Below are positions 61,701-64,000 of a stretch of 64,000 nt of DNA, piece by piece. The notes beneath the pieces were generated by a model that worked only from the letters and a program-made list of their open reading frames with translations, was not told where the DNA came from and searched no databases. Where the stretch lies: contig CBDAOB010000003.1 in the NCBI GenBank assembly GCA_965197905.1, positions 1,120,001 through 1,184,000 of the forward strand, given 5' to 3'. The DNA is from Candidatus Latescibacterota bacterium. Its GTDB lineage: Bacteria > Latescibacterota > UBA2968 > UBA8231. How positions within the stretch are numbered: the first letter of the stretch is position 1; each line of letters begins with the position of its first letter. The position numbers were made by a program, and so were the translations under genes.

Positions 61701-64000
61701 AACGCACCGGGTTTATCAAGACTCTTATAGAGGAAGATCTGCTGCCGCCTCTGGTCGAGACCGGCCCCGCGGTGCAGGGCATCAGCACCTCCGGCGCTCA
61801 GGTGGAGGTCACCTACAACGAACCGGTCGAGTTGTCGCTGCGGTTCAGCACACAATCCGATCTCAGCGGGGCCTCGGTCATTTCGGTGGTCGAACGCAAA
61901 CGCCCCCACAGTGTCGAGCTCACCGGATTGGAGCCGGGTACGGTCTATTACGTGGGCCTTGAGGCGCGGGACCGGGCGGGCAACAGCGCCGATCACAGTG
62001 TCTCCTTCGAAACGGCAAACGAAGCGGATGTCACACCACCCAATTTTACCACCTTGCCGTTTGCAACGGACATCGGTTCCGCCAGTGCGCGGGTGCTCTG
62101 GTCCCTCGATGAACCTGCGGACGGCGAGCTCGTCTTCAGTACGGATTCAGGTGAGCAGACGGTTTTGCGGCAGTTGTTGCGACAGCAAGCGCACGCATTC
62201 GATCTAACCGATCTGCAGCCGGAAACCGACTACCTCTTTCAGGCGACCTCGGTGGACGGCAGTGGTAACAGCAGCTCGACCTCTTCCAACTTCCGCACCC
62301 TGGTGGAACAGGTCCACCCGGTCCAGATCACCGCCGGGCCGATGCTGGTGCGCGCGGACAACACCAGCGCCACCATCTTTGTTCGACTCGATCGCGCGGC
62401 AGAAGCTCAGATCCTCTACTGGCCGGCCGGGTCTCCCAATCTCAGCCGCACCGAGGATCGCGGCCTGAACACCGAGCACAGCGTCGTCCTCACGAACCTG
62501 GAGCCGGGGACAGGTTATCAGTACACCGTGACCGCCGGCGGCACCACCGAGGCGTCTGGAAGTTTCGATACCGAAGCCGAAGCCGACACCGATGCCCCCG
62601 AGTTTATTGGACCGCCGGTGGTGGCGGATCGTCAGCACGACCGTGCCCGCATCGAGTGGACAACGAACGAGGTGGCAGACAGCGAGGTCCACTTCAACCT
62701 TGCGGGCGGCGACACCCGGCAAGTGATCCTACCCGAGGATGCCCGCGATCATGGTGTCGTGCTAACGAACCTGGAACCCAACAGCAGTTATTCTTATCGC
62801 GCCTTCAGCACCGATCCCGCCGGCAACCGCGCTTCCGGGCCGCAATCATCCTTCGATACACCGGCGGGACCAGACCTGATGCCGCCGGCCATCACCGGTC
62901 ATCCCATCGTTCGCGGCCTCACCCACAACAGCGTTGTCCTGGCATTGTCTACCAACGAACCGACCACCGCGAGTGTGCGCTCCGCGGACCCTCGCCGATC
63001 TGCAACGCGGAACCACCTACAACGTCATCGTCACCAGCAACGACCTGGCAGGAAACCAGGTGAGCACCGATCCATCCGGAACCGAGCTTCACAGCCAGGA
63101 ACATCGTTTCAACACGCGTGGCAATGCCGACAACGAACCGCCGGTGTTCGCGGTAAATCCCACGGTGGACTGGACCAACGCCACTGCGGTAGTGGCATGG
63201 GGGACTAACGAACGGGCGAGCTCGCGAGTGGACTGGCGCGGTGGCGGAAAGTCGGGCTTCGTGGAGGACAACGCTCTGGTGCGCGAGCACAGCCGGACGG
63301 TCACCGGGCTGATACCTCGCACCGGTTATCGCTTCATGATCACGTCGGTGGATCGGGCGGGCAACGCATTGACCTGGGGCTCGGTCGACGGCCCGATGAA
63401 AGCGATCGAAGGAGCGGCCAAGATCTTGCAGCCGCCCGGGGGCGGCGGATTCTTCGTGACCGACAACGTCGCGGACACCCAGCTGCCGTTGATCACCCGC
63501 GGGCCCGAGGTGAGCGAGAAAACGGCGGAAACATTGACGATTTTCTGGGAAACGAACGAGCTGGCCGACAGCTTCGTACGATTTGGCACGACCTCCCAGC
63601 TCGACGAGGTGGTGGGCACCGCCCAGGACGTGCAGACGCACACGGTAACCCTGACCAATCTCGACGCGGGGGCTCAATACCATTATAAAGTCGAATCCAC
63701 CGATCCCTCCGGGAATGGAGCCACCGAAAGCATCGTCGCGGTCACCGCTACCGCCGCAGAGGTGGACCTGGTGCCGCCGCGTTTCATTACCGAACCGGAA
63801 GTGGAGGCGCGTACCGATCAGGAGATCGTCCTGGAGTGGCGCACCGACGAGGCCGGCGCCGCACGCATCGAATATGAGACCCCGGACGGTGAGCGCTTGA
63901 CTCGCAATGTGGAGAGCAGGCAAACCGCCCAACAGATCAGTCTGGTCAACCTCGAAGCCGATACCGAGTACGATCTTTCCATCTATGTCAGTGATGCCAG
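49778..64000 (+). CDS. Giant secreted/surface protein (>4,700 aa): FG-GAP propellers, IPT/TIG, MBG-like, PKD, cadherin-like and FN3 repeats; frameshift near 62985; runs off the window
   Basis: Signal peptide; 6 integrin-alpha-like repeats; 5 x (IPT + 7 DxDGDG repeats); at least 13 FN3-like repeats. The coding pattern continues without a stop in a second frame from 62988 to the window end. Confidence 0.9.
49900..51130 (+). repeat. Six ~210-bp coding repeats (FG-GAP/integrin-alpha blades)
   Basis: KIADNTGGF...GDLDxDGxxDLAxGA..DDTGG..RGA recurring every ~70 aa. Confidence 0.9.
51137..58115 (+). repeat. Five ~1.4-kb coding modules (IPT/TIG + 7 VCBS/FG-GAP repeats)
   Basis: Modules start near 51137, 52535, 53930, 55343 and 56725 (P(T/R)I(T/S)..(S/T)P...GxxFD). 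Confidence 0.85.

Noticed and set aside
60683..63932. Long antisense ORFs (437 aa and 327 aa) within the giant gene
   Set aside because: Expected from the codon bias of the sense gene; no domain signal

Overview
A GC-rich bacterial chromosomal window with about 55 coding regions. I found no rRNA, tRNA, CRISPR array or transposase. The gene content (PhyH dioxygenases, Gfo/Idh/MocA oxidoreductase, SGNH hydrolases, a microcompartment locus, a giant FG-GAP/FN3 surface protein) suggests a diderm heterotroph such as a Latescibacterota- or Poribacteria-like organism; this is inference only. From left to right the window holds: a BCCT transporter end and catabolic genes including lsrF; two receiver-HDOD proteins and a lone receiver; an AT-richer block with two paralogous HTH/pentapeptide-repeat proteins; an imuB-small ORF-dnaE2 mutagenesis cassette; queF, queC and ispH; a bacterial microcompartment (BMC) operon at 29.2-37.7 kb; a split-FeoB operon with two DtxR-family proteins facing an ArsR/SmtB + P1B-ATPase pair, each with a recognisable operator; 2OG oxygenases and an MFS transporter; and a >4,700-aa secreted multi-propeller protein that runs off the right edge. 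The strongest candidate for an undescribed system is the BMC locus. It has a shell protein with four BMC domains beside a divergent two-domain one, and its apparent signature enzyme is a DHDPS-family aldolase/lyase with a BMC-associated N-terminal module. The second candidate is the HTH-pentapeptide paralog pair. Several apparent frameshifts may be consensus sequencing errors. All family calls come from motif recognition by eye; no database searches were run.
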